Positions 29,910 through 40,750 of a stretch of 64,000 nt of DNA are shown one piece after another. Positions within the stretch are counted from its first letter, which is position 1. Each line of letters starts with the position of its first letter. The stretch covers positions 192,001-256,000 of the forward strand of contig CBDFJR010000002.1 of NCBI GenBank assembly GCA_965248535.1, given 5' to 3'. A program made the translations under genes and the position numbers. The notes below the pieces were generated by a model, which did no database searches, had not been told where the DNA came from, and was given only the letters and a program-made list of their open reading frames with translations. The DNA is from Phormidesmis sp. GTDB taxonomy: Bacteria > Cyanobacteriota > Cyanobacteriia > Leptolyngbyales > Leptolyngbyaceae.

Positions 29910-32530
29910 ATGCCGCCTACCGACAACAATTCCTTTGCTACAGCGACCCCAATCACTAACCTGATTGGAACCCCTTCTCTGTCAGGGTCACTCAACGCAG
30001 GGGATCAAACCGATTTTTATCAATTCACCCTTAACGGCAGCAGCAGCACCAGCATTACGCTGACCGATCTCACAGGTAATGCTCGTCTCCGTCTTTTCAA
30101 CAGCGCAAAATCTGAGATTACCCCAAGCACGACAAACAACTCCAAACAGCTTTCAGAAGCTCTCTCGGTCACCCTGGCTCCTGGAACCTATTACATCCAA
30201 ACAGATTTAGACCCTAACGACGCTAACGTGAGTGAGGCTAGCTATAAGCTAAACCTGTCGGTCAGCACTACTGCAACGCTCAATAATTTGGTTTGGCGCA
30301 ACAAAGTAGATGGCGGTTTTTCGGTGGTGCAGACAGATGGCAAAGTTGTGCAATCTAGCGACCCAATCAAGCTGGGCACTACCACCATCAACCTTTCGAC
30401 CGATTGGCAAAGTCAGTTTGGTGACTTGAATGGGGACGGCGAAGACGACATTTTGTGGCGAAACCAAAAAGACGGCACGATCGCCTATTGGATTATGCAG
30501 GGCGGAGCCATTGTGCAAAGCGCCACTTCTTCCTATAAAGTGCCTGCCAGTTGGCAAGCAACCCTGGCAGATTTTAATAACGACGATCGGGCTGATATCT
30601 TCTGGCGTAATAAACAAACGGGTGAAACAGCAGTTTGGCTCACTAACAGCACAGGTTTGGGGTTTAGCAGTGCGGCCCCACTATCCCCTGGGGTTCCTAG
30701 TGGTTGGGACCCAACTCTAGGCGACTTTAATGGTAAAGATGGGAAAAAAGACATTCTTTGGCGTAACAGTCAGACTGGAGAAGTGGCGATCTGGTTGATG
30801 GATGGCACCCGAATTGCCCCCGGAGGCGCAGCACCGCTTTCAAACGTTCCGGGCAATTGGAAGCCTCAGGTGGGTGACTTTAACAAAGATGGAAAAACTG
30901 ACATCTTATGGCGTAACACCCAGAGCGGAGAAGTTGCCATTTGGCTAATCAACGGCAATCAGATCGCCTCTGGAGGAGCGGCACCGCTTCAGAGCGTTCC
31001 GATCGAATGGACGGCTCAAGTGGGTGACTTTGACGGCAACAAAGGAGACGACATTCTTTGGCGCAATAATCAGACTGGGCAGCTTGCTGTCTGGTTGATG
31101 GACGGGACTCAAATTGCTGCTAACGGAGCCGCCGTACGTTGCCCTATAGCGTCCCCACTAGGTTTAAGATCGAGCGCCTGGCCGATTTTAACAACGATGG
31201 CAAAACTGACATTTTTTGGCGCGATCCAGCATCGGGTGAAGTTGCCATTTGGTTGATGAATGGCACAAGCATTTTAGAGGCAACGTCTCTGCCTCAGCGC
31301 TCTAGCAATGACCAATTTGATGGCATTGAGCAACGACGGTTTAAGGCTACGACCCAAAGCATCGGGGGCAAGACAGAGCTGGCTGCCTTTAATATTGGCA
31401 ACCTAAACACGGCTGGGGTCTATGCCGACTCAATCAGCTCTGATGTGCCTGATTACTTCAAATTCAATTTTGCTTTCAGGTCTACGCTGGTTTTATCGGC
31501 GAGTGATTTAACGGGGCAGCCTCTCAACTCGATCGGTCTGCAAGTTTATAAAGCAGGCGCTAACGGTGCCTCATCAACTCTGGTGTCAGACTATGCGACA
31601 CAAATTCTGGAGCCTGGAGACTATTACATCAAAGTCTCTAGCAATCTCGACAATATCAACTATCGGTTAAATGTTGAAGGCAAGCCACAAGTTACAGAAC
31701 TCGTTGGCAACACGTTCACCGGCCCTTCTCAAGTTCTCTTGACCGCAGGCGCTAGTGACACTGATAACCCCGCTACTACGATATCGATTAACTACAGTGT
31801 TAAGAATGCTGGAACGCTCGCTGCTCCCAATGTCAAGGTTTCTTTCTATCTTTCAAGAGATCAGACTTTCAGCCTAGCGGGTGCGGTGCCAGATTTCAAA
31901 GTTGCGGTTGACCAGGTTTTTGACCTTTCACCCAATCAGTCTAACGCCTCAACGCCGCTAACGTTGACTCTGCCTGCCTGGAAAGATAACTTCTGGACAG
32001 TGGATGGAACTTATTATCTTCTTGAGGTGATTGACCCTGACAACACGATCGCTGAGACCAATGAAACCAATAACGTGAGTGTCTTGGCTCTAGACGTTCA
32101 GCAGATTCCGACGATCAACCTGAGAGGGAAGAGTTTGTCTGTAAACGGCACAAGCTTTGCTCCTACTGCGGTTGTCAGCACGACGTTTGTGACTGAAAAC
32201 AACGGGTTCAAGAGTGCAAATACGCCATTCGAGATTAGCTTCTTATTAGCGAAGACTCCTGTCTTTAGTAAGGGTGATTCTAATGCTTGGTCATTGGCGA
32301 CAGCCTCCATCGACGGCGGCATTGCTGGCAAAAAGGACTCAGGGCCTCAAGCCATTAACTTGACGCTTCCTCCCAGAGATTGGAGCGGCTGGGCAAGCCT
32401 GTCTGGGCAGCAGACGTTCTATATTGGCATGATTCAAAACACTAATAGTGCTGTGAATGATGTCAACCCAGACGATAACCAAAACCGCGGTCAGAATATT
32501 GACTGGGTTGCCATCAACGTGACCTTATAG
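29910..32530 (+). CDS. Large surface protein (PPC-like, FG-GAP/VCBS propeller, PPC-like, CARDB-like), frameshifted near 31133-31140
   Basis: Six DFNxDGxxDILWRN-type repeats spanning ORFs 29910-31256 and 31139-32530; PGTYYI/PGDYYI PPC motifs; IDPDNTIAETNETNN CARDB motif. Confidence 0.85.
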
Positions 32531-32594
32531 CTGGGGTTTTGATCAATTCATGACGAGTCGTTGCTGACAGTCTGGTAGATTCTGATAACTATAT

Positions 32595-32630
32595 AGGGAG
32601 AGGGGAATCGCGTTCCCCTCTCCCTTTCTT
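32595..32630 (+). terminator. Strong hairpin terminator between convergent genes
   Basis: AGGGAGAGGGGAA-tcgcg-TTCCCCTCTCCCT followed by TTCTT. Confidence 0.85.
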
Positions 32631-32633
32631 CAT

Positions 32634-33575
32634 TTATTCGTTTAGAACAGCCGGAGTTGAGCACTGGGTTGAGATCTCCTGAGTTTTAGGAGAGAAGCTC
32701 AACAAACGCAAAAAATAGCTGCTGTCAAAACTTCTAGGGTCTTTGCGCTGACGCGATCGGTCTACGAGCCGATGGGTGGTAATTCGCGATTCGGGTACTC
32801 CTGTCTTTGCCACTAACCACGCCAGTGATTGATATTGTGAGCGGCTATATCCGCTATGTTGATTGGCATTGTTGCGCCCATCAGAGGGAGTAACCAGAGA
32901 GATGTGATAAGCAAAATTGTTGACAGACGGCGGAAAGTCTGGGTTGGTTTGAACAGCTTCTTGACCGATGTCACTGACAAAGATAGAGTTTCCGGCTCCG
33001 AAGGCTCGTCTGTCTGGCGGCACTAAATAAACGATCGTGCCATCGAGATCAATGAGCGTATGGTAACTAACTTGATCATCGTCATCAGGGTGAGGCGTTT
33101 GAAAAAGATTGATCGTGGATTGGGCAGAGCCGACTGTCTCATGGAGAACCACGATCGCTGCATTATCGACGGTTTTGCCGTAGAGATCTTGCACAAACCG
33201 TCTCCCAAAGTTAGTGGGGTGAGCAAGAGCAACGTCTTCGGTGGGGGTGTAGCTTGCCTCTGGCTTGTCGGGAGTTGCTTTTTCGGGTTCGGCAATCTGT
33301 GAATCTTGTCTAAACCGACTTAGGGGAATCGAGTCAGGCACAGCAGCAACAGTTCCTTTAGACTTGTTTGCTTTAGAAACGGGCTTTAGGGCGCAAGCAG
33401 ACGACAAAGCAGAACTAGAATCGCTGACTGTCGGGGGCTGTGGGCTGATAATTTGGGAGCTAGGAAGCCTAATCTTCTGTCCCTCGACCTGTTGGGCACT
33501 ACCAGAATTGATCGTCAAGACGAGGGTGGCGATCGCTAAAGTCAGGATGACAAAGACGTGTAAAAGTTTTCTCAT
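32634..33575 (-). CDS. N-acetylmuramoyl-L-alanine amidase (Amidase_2 / PGRP-like), exported
   Basis: Signal/TM segment; VVLHET, VSYHTLI, RAFGAG, ITTH...DP. Confidence 0.85.
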   Translation of the reverse strand: MRKLLHVFVILTLAIATLVLTINSGSAQQVEGQKIRLPSSQIISPQPPTVSDSSSALSSACALKPVSKANKSKGTVAAVPDSIPLSRFRQDSQIAEPEKATPDKPEASYTPTEDVALAHPTNFGRRFVQDLYGKTVDNAAIVVLHETVGSAQSTINLFQTPHPDDDDQVSYHTLIDLDGTIVYLVPPDRRAFGAGNSIFVSDIGQEAVQTNPDFPPSVNNFAYHISLVTPSDGRNNANQHSGYSRSQYQSLAWLVAKTGVPESRITTHRLVDRSRQRKDPRSFDSSYFLRLLSFSPKTQEISTQCSTPAVLNE

Positions 33576-33654
33576 AAGGAATTGGGTGACCGGGTTTTCA
33601 GCCAGGAAAGCACTGCTAAAGAACTCAAGTGCTAAAGATACGGTTTTTTGGGCC

Positions 33655-35871
33655 CTATTTTCCGCTCTTCACGTTGAGTTTTCTCATCGCTTGAAGTCGG
33701 TGCTGAAGCTCTCTCAGATTTGGTGAGTGCCCCCCATAGCGCCACTGCACATAGGCTTGAGAGATTTCTTGAATCGTCTGGGCCCGATCGCCTCGCTGCA
33801 ACGCTTCTTGACGCGCATATTCTAAGGGGGTCTGAGTCGGGTGCTTTCTAAACCCCTGACTGGCTAACCAACTCAACATTTGCTGATAGAGACTTTCCAT
33901 CGGTGGCAGTTTGCTGAGGCGGCGACGATCGTGCCATTTTTGCCAGCCTTGCCAACTGAGCCAGCCGATAAAACTCAGCCCAGTTAATAAAATTAAGCCG
34001 CTAAACAGCCCGATCCAGCCTTTAAAGAACAGTCCCACAATCCAGGAGAAAATGCCCCCAAGCCACTGCCCGATCGCGCCAAGCAGCCGATTCAACACAC
34101 TCGTCACAGGCGACGGCAACCAGCCTGCAACCCACGTCCAAAACCTTTGCAGCACGCTAAAGGTTTGATCTTCTTCGATCGATGGCGGCACTAATTCATG
34201 TCCTGGAATAGGATCAAACGAAAACCAGCCATAGTTAGGAAAATAGACTTCGGTCATGGCGTAGGCATCGGTGTTTTTCACCTCATAGAGTCCGGTGAAG
34301 GGATTGAATTGACCGGGTGAGAATCCCGCTACGAGCCGAGCCGGAATGCCGATCGACCGCAACATCACCGTCAACGCAGACGAAAAATGATCGGGGTAGC
34401 CGCCCTTGAAACGAAACAGAAAAGCTTCTACGAGATCCTGATCTTTGGTCAGAGGTGGAATATCAGGCTGAATTTCGTAGCGTTGCTTTAAGACCTGCGC
34501 CAAAAATAACGCCTTCTCATAGGGAGCGGTGATGGGCTGGGGCGATGTGGCTAAAAGTTCTTCGGTGCGCTGGCGAATTTTTGCTGAGGTTTTCTCAGGA
34601 ACTTGTAGATAGAGACTGCCATCAGGAACCGCCTCGATCGTCGCTTTTTGCAATAGCGTTCGATTGCGGTAGGGAACCTCTGAAATTACCGTATAGGTCA
34701 AGCCTTCCCGCAGTCCGACGGGCGATCGCAAGCCCCCTTCTGGGTCGATCGCTATTTCTTGAGTCGGAAAATAAAGCTCTCTCGGCTGGGACAGCGCCGG
34801 AATTAAATTGGGCAACTCAGTCACCAGCGTGTAGGTTTGCACTACCTCTTTTTTGCGGTTGAGATCAAACGTCTGAGGCAGATAAAACTGATAAGACCAG
34901 CTAGGACGCTTGACGGTGCGGGTGTTAGCGTTGCGGGAGAGTTCCCAGCCTTGCCCGGTGTAGCGATCGAAGGCCAACACCCGCCAAAACCCCTCAGCTT
35001 GAGAACGGACGCGCATCACGACTCTGGGCTTGAGGTGTCCGCGCAGGTTTTGGTTGATGCGATCGCTAAAGCCATAGTAGAAATCTTCATCCATTTGACC
35101 AGAGCCATTTTCCTGCCCGCTCCCTGCTCCGGTCTTGCCGCCGCCATAGCCCGGATTTTTGACTTGACGGTTGTTAAACTCTCCCTGGGGCGCAATTTGA
35201 GTGCTCATGGGAAAGCTTCGCAGTTGATAGCCCGCAAATCGGGGCATCACCGCAAACACCGCTAACCCCAGCCCTAACGTCAGCAAAAAGGTCAAGGGCA
35301 GCGCTGCAAAGTTACCCCGGCGGAGTTTGAGCTTGGTCGGGCTGGATCGCGTTAGCCCCAACCGCGATCGATAGTCCATCACTAAGACGGGGAGCGCGAT
35401 CGCCAAAAACACCAGCAGCATTCCTCCAAAGGCCATGGTTTGACTGAGAGTGCTGGCCACCCCAATCAAAATCATGCCGATCACCATTGAATAGCCTAAA
35501 TCTTTGCGTCGCGGCAGATCAAAACTGTGCAACACCTGAAGCTGAATCAGAAGCTCGGCTAACACGAGGCGCGTGTCGTTGAGTTCCCGTCCGCCGATCA
35601 TGCGAATAAAAAACGCTGCCAAGGCGACCAGCATCGCGATCGCCAACAAAAACTTAGTCGGAATGTTGCGCTCACGGCGGCGCACCCAACTCAAGGTGGC
35701 CCCAATCAAGCTCAGGGGCACTGCCCAAAGGCTAAGGGTCGTGTCAGCCGCCAGATCAGTCGCCACAATTCCGACACTCACCAACGCCTGAGTCAAGATT
35801 CTAAACAGAACGGACTCTTCAGGTTCTGGCTTTGGCAAAGCTCGAACTCGTTGCCACCATGACTGTCTCAT
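33655..35871 (-). CDS. TgpA-like transglutaminase-family membrane protein (DUF3488 + transglutaminase-like + DUF4129)
   Basis: Multiple TM helices, YGFSD, GIPARLVAGF, WFSFDP, TPLEYA. Confidence 0.88.
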   Translation of the reverse strand: MRQSWWQRVRALPKPEPEESVLFRILTQALVSVGIVATDLAADTTLSLWAVPLSLIGATLSWVRRRERNIPTKFLLAIAMLVALAAFFIRMIGGRELNDTRLVLAELLIQLQVLHSFDLPRRKDLGYSMVIGMILIGVASTLSQTMAFGGMLLVFLAIALPVLVMDYRSRLGLTRSSPTKLKLRRGNFAALPLTFLLTLGLGLAVFAVMPRFAGYQLRSFPMSTQIAPQGEFNNRQVKNPGYGGGKTGAGSGQENGSGQMDEDFYYGFSDRINQNLRGHLKPRVVMRVRSQAEGFWRVLAFDRYTGQGWELSRNANTRTVKRPSWSYQFYLPQTFDLNRKKEVVQTYTLVTELPNLIPALSQPRELYFPTQEIAIDPEGGLRSPVGLREGLTYTVISEVPYRNRTLLQKATIEAVPDGSLYLQVPEKTSAKIRQRTEELLATSPQPITAPYEKALFLAQVLKQRYEIQPDIPPLTKDQDLVEAFLFRFKGGYPDHFSSALTVMLRSIGIPARLVAGFSPGQFNPFTGLYEVKNTDAYAMTEVYFPNYGWFSFDPIPGHELVPPSIEEDQTFSVLQRFWTWVAGWLPSPVTSVLNRLLGAIGQWLGGIFSWIVGLFFKGWIGLFSGLILLTGLSFIGWLSWQGWQKWHDRRRLSKLPPMESLYQQMLSWLASQGFRKHPTQTPLEYARQEALQRGDRAQTIQEISQAYVQWRYGGHSPNLRELQHRLQAMRKLNVKSGK

Positions 35872-35876
35872 TGAGA

Positions 35877-35994
35877 AAGGGTAAAGGGTAAAGATTCATT
35901 CAAGGTTCAGAGTGCCCCTGTGCACCCAGAGGCTCCTTAGAAATGCTCCACCTGACTCTACCAATTTCTTTCTAACTTTTTACCCTTTACCCTT
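35877..35994. repeat. 16-bp perfect inverted repeat built from heptamers, flanking an 86-bp spacer
   Basis: AAGGGTAAAGGGTAAA (35877-35892) and TTTACCCTTTACCCTT (35979-35994). Confidence 0.75.
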
Positions 35995-35998
35995 GCTC

Positions 35999-37030
35999 CT
36001 ATCCGGCGCTCATGGGACGAATCGCAAAAACCATCACGTCTTCGTCGCCTAACCGCACCTCTAGCGGGTAAGTGCGATTGAGGCTCAACGCCCGAAGTTC
36101 TACGCTGAGGCTGCCTGCCTCTTTGCGGTCTGCCAGCGCTTGCCACTGCTCTCCCTGAAACTGCAAGCTGCCTCCGCAGGGTAACTCTGCTTTGATTTGA
36201 AGTCGTCCCGCTTCTTGACCAAACTGATAGTCAGTTTTTAAGGTTAGCGGGCCGTGATCGGTGAGCCATTGCCGCTCGATCGTGGGCTGTTTGGGCGAGA
36301 CCGTCAGCGTTAGAGCACTCATGATCTCGCGGGCTGCCAGCAGTGACAGGGCCATCTGCTGAGTCTCGATCGCGTCTTCATATCGGCTGGGCAACTCTGC
36401 TCCGGCTTCGGCCGCAAGCTGCTGCAAACTCGCCGCCGTTGACCGGGCAGGAGACACCATAATGTATCCAGCTACATCATTGAGCAGGCGAGATTGCCCT
36501 GGGAAAAAGGCATCCACTGCCTTGACCAGCTTGGCACCTTCACGCAGAGGCGACAATAAGACTGACTGACACCGCTCTAAGAGGTCTAAGAGCACGAGTT
36601 CAGGCAGGGGGACAGGTAGGCTGAGACGACGGAGTTGAGCCACCCAGAGAGAAGCGGCTGAAAAGACAGGCTGCTTCACGTCAGAATCTGCCGTTTCCGA
36701 ACTGTAGTCGGAGATTTCGGTTTCCCAGGGGAACAGAGGCGGCTTGTTTTGGATCTCAATCTGTAGTCGATTTTTCAACAGGCTATGAAAACGGTCTTGC
36801 ACAGCAGGTATTTCTCCCGGTTTTAGTAGCATATCCTCCTCAAAGAGGTCGTCAAGATCAGACTCTAACAGGTCAGAACTGAAGCGCTGCGGGTCTGTGA
36901 GATCGCCCTGCATGGCGGCGGCAACAATGGTTGGATCGCTGCCGCCAGGCTCCATGTCGGGAGGGGTTAAACCAAGTTCCTGCAAGAGCTTTAGGTAATT
37001 TTTCTGCACTGCTTCTGAGTCGCGATCCAT
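35999..37030 (-). CDS. patU: PatU-like protein
   Basis: GEIPAVQDRFHSLLKNRLQIEIQNKPPLFPWE motif; directly downstream of the hetZ-like gene. Confidence 0.75.
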   Translation of the reverse strand: MDRDSEAVQKNYLKLLQELGLTPPDMEPGGSDPTIVAAAMQGDLTDPQRFSSDLLESDLDDLFEEDMLLKPGEIPAVQDRFHSLLKNRLQIEIQNKPPLFPWETEISDYSSETADSDVKQPVFSAASLWVAQLRRLSLPVPLPELVLLDLLERCQSVLLSPLREGAKLVKAVDAFFPGQSRLLNDVAGYIMVSPARSTAASLQQLAAEAGAELPSRYEDAIETQQMALSLLAAREIMSALTLTVSPKQPTIERQWLTDHGPLTLKTDYQFGQEAGRLQIKAELPCGGSLQFQGEQWQALADRKEAGSLSVELRALSLNRTYPLEVRLGDEDVMVFAIRPMSAG

Positions 37031-37042
37031 TGTGATAACACC

Positions 37043-38233
37043 CTATTCATGAGGAGATTGGCTTCCTCCGGAATCTTGGTCATTCCGAATTTCCCAAGCC
37101 TGTTCTAGAAGTTTAAACCACTGTTTCTGAACTTGATTGATGGTGCAGCCTAGGGTCTGAGCGATCGCTGCATCGGGCGCTTTCTGCTGCTTCATCTTCA
37201 AAAGGGTCACCTGCGAGAGAGTCACCTGCTCTTGCAGCGCTTGCCACTGCTTATTAGACAACCCCAGATTGCGCTCTAAGTCAACTTCTAGCCACTGATG
37301 GACGAGTTCCCAATGGTGAGAAAACGCAAACCTGATGAGATGGTACTTGAAGCGCTGCTGTAAGTAATCTCGCTGGCGTGGGGTGAGCTTCAAAATCTGC
37401 TCAATATCGCTGGCAGGGAGATCTTGCAGACGCAGCACAAAATATTCGATGCAGTCGGCTTGCTTGCGCTCTTCTAGATAGGTGACCAGTTCTTTGATCA
37501 CGGTTTGGCGCAGCGTGTCTTCTGCCAGCTCTGGCTCTTGAGCCACCATTTGCTCTCGAACTTGCTGAATCGACGCAATATTCCACGGCGTTTCAGACTC
37601 TAACAGAGTGCCTTCGGCGGCTCGTTCTAGATCAACCAGGGTCTCAGTGGGCTGCTGCTGGGAGAAGGTTTGGGCCCGTAGGATAATCAACTGTTGATTG
37701 CGGTGCCCAGGCAGGGGAATTCGCCGTTTGCCATAGCGTTCAGTAAACGCCATATATTCGGCTAGCTCGATCAGGGTGCGCGGCGTGTAGGTCGGGCCTA
37801 GCTGCGTTTCTCGCCGAAAAGCGGTTAACGCTTCGACATAAAACCCTTGCAAGAAGTCTTCGATCAGCGTCAGGCGGGCCTGATAGCTGGCTTGGCTCAG
37901 AGAAGGGTTGATATAGCGATAGACGACAGCACTTAAGTTGCTGTGCAGTTCGATGCGCCCCCGCACCGAGCCGAGACGATAATAGGTCAGACATTGCTGA
38001 AGTCGGTGTCGTGCCAGGGTAGTTGCCCAAGCGTCTGCTTCTCCAGAAGCCTGAATGCGCTTACTTTCGGTGCAGATGCGACCGACTTCTTGGGTTAAGC
38101 GATCGGCGACACCATTACAGCTTTTTTGCTCAGACGCAGTGGTTGCCTGTTTCAATTCGCTCGATAGCAGTTGAAAGATTGCTTCCACGCTCTGGCAGAT
38201 ATCCCCAACGAGTTCTAAGGTCTTACAAATCAA
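37043..38233 (-). CDS. hetZ: HetZ-related protein
   Basis: RHRLQQCLTYYRLGS.RGRIELHS, EYMAFTERYGKRRI, LTPRQRDYLQQRFKYH. Confidence 0.82.
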   Translation of the reverse strand: MICKTLELVGDICQSVEAIFQLLSSELKQATTASEQKSCNGVADRLTQEVGRICTESKRIQASGEADAWATTLARHRLQQCLTYYRLGSVRGRIELHSNLSAVVYRYINPSLSQASYQARLTLIEDFLQGFYVEALTAFRRETQLGPTYTPRTLIELAEYMAFTERYGKRRIPLPGHRNQQLIILRAQTFSQQQPTETLVDLERAAEGTLLESETPWNIASIQQVREQMVAQEPELAEDTLRQTVIKELVTYLEERKQADCIEYFVLRLQDLPASDIEQILKLTPRQRDYLQQRFKYHLIRFAFSHHWELVHQWLEVDLERNLGLSNKQWQALQEQVTLSQVTLLKMKQQKAPDAAIAQTLGCTINQVQKQWFKLLEQAWEIRNDQDSGGSQSPHE

Positions 38234-38300
38234 TTGCTTTCTCTCAATTTTGGGACAGCTAGATCACAATGATAGGTAGAAGAAACCCTGATTATTTTGG

Positions 38301-38795
38301 ATGGATTTGACTATGGACTTAGACCAACAAACTCAGGCTCTGGTTGAGGGTGCTCCTCAAGATGGCTCGACTCCTCAGTTGATTGAGTCGGTCGCGCCAG
38401 TGCTCAAAACCCTGGCTCATCGGTTGCGGCATTTGCAATATTATGTGATGCAAACGCTGGATGACAGTTGGGTGATGATTACCCTGGGTCATCGTACCCA
38501 ATCAGAGGCTGAGAAAAACGTGATTTACGCGTTTCCCACCCTTAAAGATGTGGCAGCCGGGCCGTTTACGCTTTCCGATCCCAATGTGATTGCAGTGCCT
38601 GTTCCGGTGATGGAGATTTTGTTTCAAATGCTGGCGATGACGAGTATCTACAGCATTATCTTTTTTGAAACTCCAGGGAATGTGACGGTGGGAACGGAGG
38701 TGCAACGAGCCGAGTTAGAAACCTTAATCCATCAATTTTTGCAAAGTCAGGTAGATGCAGAGGCTCAAGTCAATAGTCTCAGTGATATTGCTTAA
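38301..38795 (+). CDS. Hypothetical protein
   Basis: 164-aa ORF with ATG start and protein-like composition. Confidence 0.75.
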   Translation: MDLTMDLDQQTQALVEGAPQDGSTPQLIESVAPVLKTLAHRLRHLQYYVMQTLDDSWVMITLGHRTQSEAEKNVIYAFPTLKDVAAGPFTLSDPNVIAVPVPVMEILFQMLAMTSIYSIIFFETPGNVTVGTEVQRAELETLIHQFLQSQVDAEAQVNSLSDIA

Positions 38796-39312
38796 GTATG
38801 GTCTGGCTCAGTTAAGCGCTAGTCTAATCAAGTTTGAGACTGGCGATCGTGAGGAATGATTGAGATGAAATCTTCTCAGACTCTCCTATCTTCAGTCTCG
38901 TCTTAACTTTAGTTGAATTGGCACCCCGGTCAATCGTAATAGTCTACGAGTTCTCACTGATTGTACCTAGAAATGTCTGTCTTCAGTGCGAGATCAGGCA
39001 TTCAAACAAAATTCTTATATTTTGGGGGGCTTAGTTCATCTAATCTTTATACAATCGCTCCTGTTAAAAGCGATTCCCGATGTGGTAGAAACGGCTGAGT
39101 TGCGAGACAGATTCTTGAAACTTATGAGCTAAAAATTGGTAAAAGATAAGCGAATTGAAGGAACTTTCTAAGAGATTTAGCTGAAGTTTATCGACGCAAG
39201 TTAACGATTTTTGTTGAATCTTTATCAACTCTTTAAACAGTGTTTTAGGCCAATAAACTGAGTTTAAATCGAAATATCTCTTCGGGTTGCCGTGACCCCA
39301 CCAAAAACGATT

Positions 39313-40542
39313 TCAATCGGCGATCGCCGTGATTGCTGCCTCTAGGGCGATCGCTACATGAGTCCAGTGGGTTCCCCCTTGACAAAACACGATATAAGGC
39401 TCTCTTAGCGGGCCATCAGCCGAAAACTCAGAGGTGCTGCCGTCGATAAAGGTGCCGCCTGCCATGACAAGTTGGCTTTCATAGCCGGGCATCTCTCCCG
39501 GAACCGGATCGAGATAAGACCCGATCGGGGAGTGTTGCTGAATGGCTCGACAAAAGGCAATGATTTTTTCGGGTGAGCCGAGCTTGACGGCTTGAATCAC
39601 GTCCGATCGTGGGGCCATCGGTAAAGGATTGACTGGATAGCCCAACTGCTCAAACACATGGGCCGTCAGGTGATTGCCCTTGAGCGCTTCTCCGACCATC
39701 TGCGGCGCAAGAAATAATCCTTGAAACAGCAGCCGATTTAAGTCAAAGGTCGCTCCGCCAAAACTGCCCACCCCCGGAGCCGTGAGCCGACAGGCCGCCG
39801 CTTCTACCAGATCTGCCCGACCCGCGACATAGCCGCCTGTCGGCACGATCGTGCCCCCCGGATTTTTGATCAGCGAACCCGCCATCAGATCTGCGCCCAC
39901 TGCCGTCGGTTCTCGATCTTCCACAAATTCGCCATAGCAGTTATCGACAAAGCAGACCGTATTAGGATTTTGCTGCTTGACGAGATGGATAATTTTCTCA
40001 ATGTCGGCGATCGTCAAACTGGGTCGCCACGAATAGCCGCACGATCGCTGAATCGAGACCAAGCGAGTATTCGGTTTGACGGCGCTAGCTAAGGTGCTCC
40101 AGTCAATCAGCCCGTCTGAGGTGAGATCTAGCTGCCGATAGTCGATGCCAAACTCTCTGAGAGACCCCTGCCCCGTGCCTCGTAGACCAATCACCTCTTC
40201 CAGCGTGTCGTAGGGGGCACCTGCCACCGCCAGCATTTCATCACCCGGACGCAAAACGCCGAATAGAGCAGCCGCGATCGCGTGGGTGCCCGAAACAAAC
40301 TGCACCCTCACGGCCGCCGCCTCTGCTCCGACAATCTCAGCAAAGACCCGATCAAACACCTGCCGACCCAGATCATCATGCCCATAGCCCGTTACACCCG
40401 CAAAATGGTGAACGCCGACCCGATGATTTCGATAGGCCGTGAGAACTCGTGTTAAGTTTTTCTTGACCTGCGCGTCAATACCAGAAAAAATCGGGAGGAG
40501 TGCTTTTTCTGCTGCTCGTAGCTTTGTGGAGCTATCCATCAC
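39313..40542 (-). CDS. Methionine gamma-lyase-family / aluminium-resistance (YnbB-like) PLP enzyme
   Basis: GYGHDDLGR, VSGTHAI, DNCYGEF, GSLIKNPGG, SADGPLREPY. Confidence 0.9.
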   Translation of the reverse strand: MMDSSTKLRAAEKALLPIFSGIDAQVKKNLTRVLTAYRNHRVGVHHFAGVTGYGHDDLGRQVFDRVFAEIVGAEAAAVRVQFVSGTHAIAAALFGVLRPGDEMLAVAGAPYDTLEEVIGLRGTGQGSLREFGIDYRQLDLTSDGLIDWSTLASAVKPNTRLVSIQRSCGYSWRPSLTIADIEKIIHLVKQQNPNTVCFVDNCYGEFVEDREPTAVGADLMAGSLIKNPGGTIVPTGGYVAGRADLVEAAACRLTAPGVGSFGGATFDLNRLLFQGLFLAPQMVGEALKGNHLTAHVFEQLGYPVNPLPMAPRSDVIQAVKLGSPEKIIAFCRAIQQHSPIGSYLDPVPGEMPGYESQLVMAGGTFIDGSTSEFSADGPLREPYIVFCQGGTHWTHVAIALEAAITAIAD

Positions 40543-40750
40543 GGTGTTGTTGGGTTAGAACGCTAAAGTGGAGTTTGCGAATCGCTTGATCCCACCTGGG
40601 TTGTCTGTTTGATCATCGACTTAGACGGGCAAGGAGACAAAAAGATTGGGAGACTTATTATACCTCTCGATCTTCGACTTCCCCCACCTCAGTAGGGCAG
40701 GGTCTATTTTCGCGCAGACCAGGCACTATATTCCCTATCGAGACTACTGC

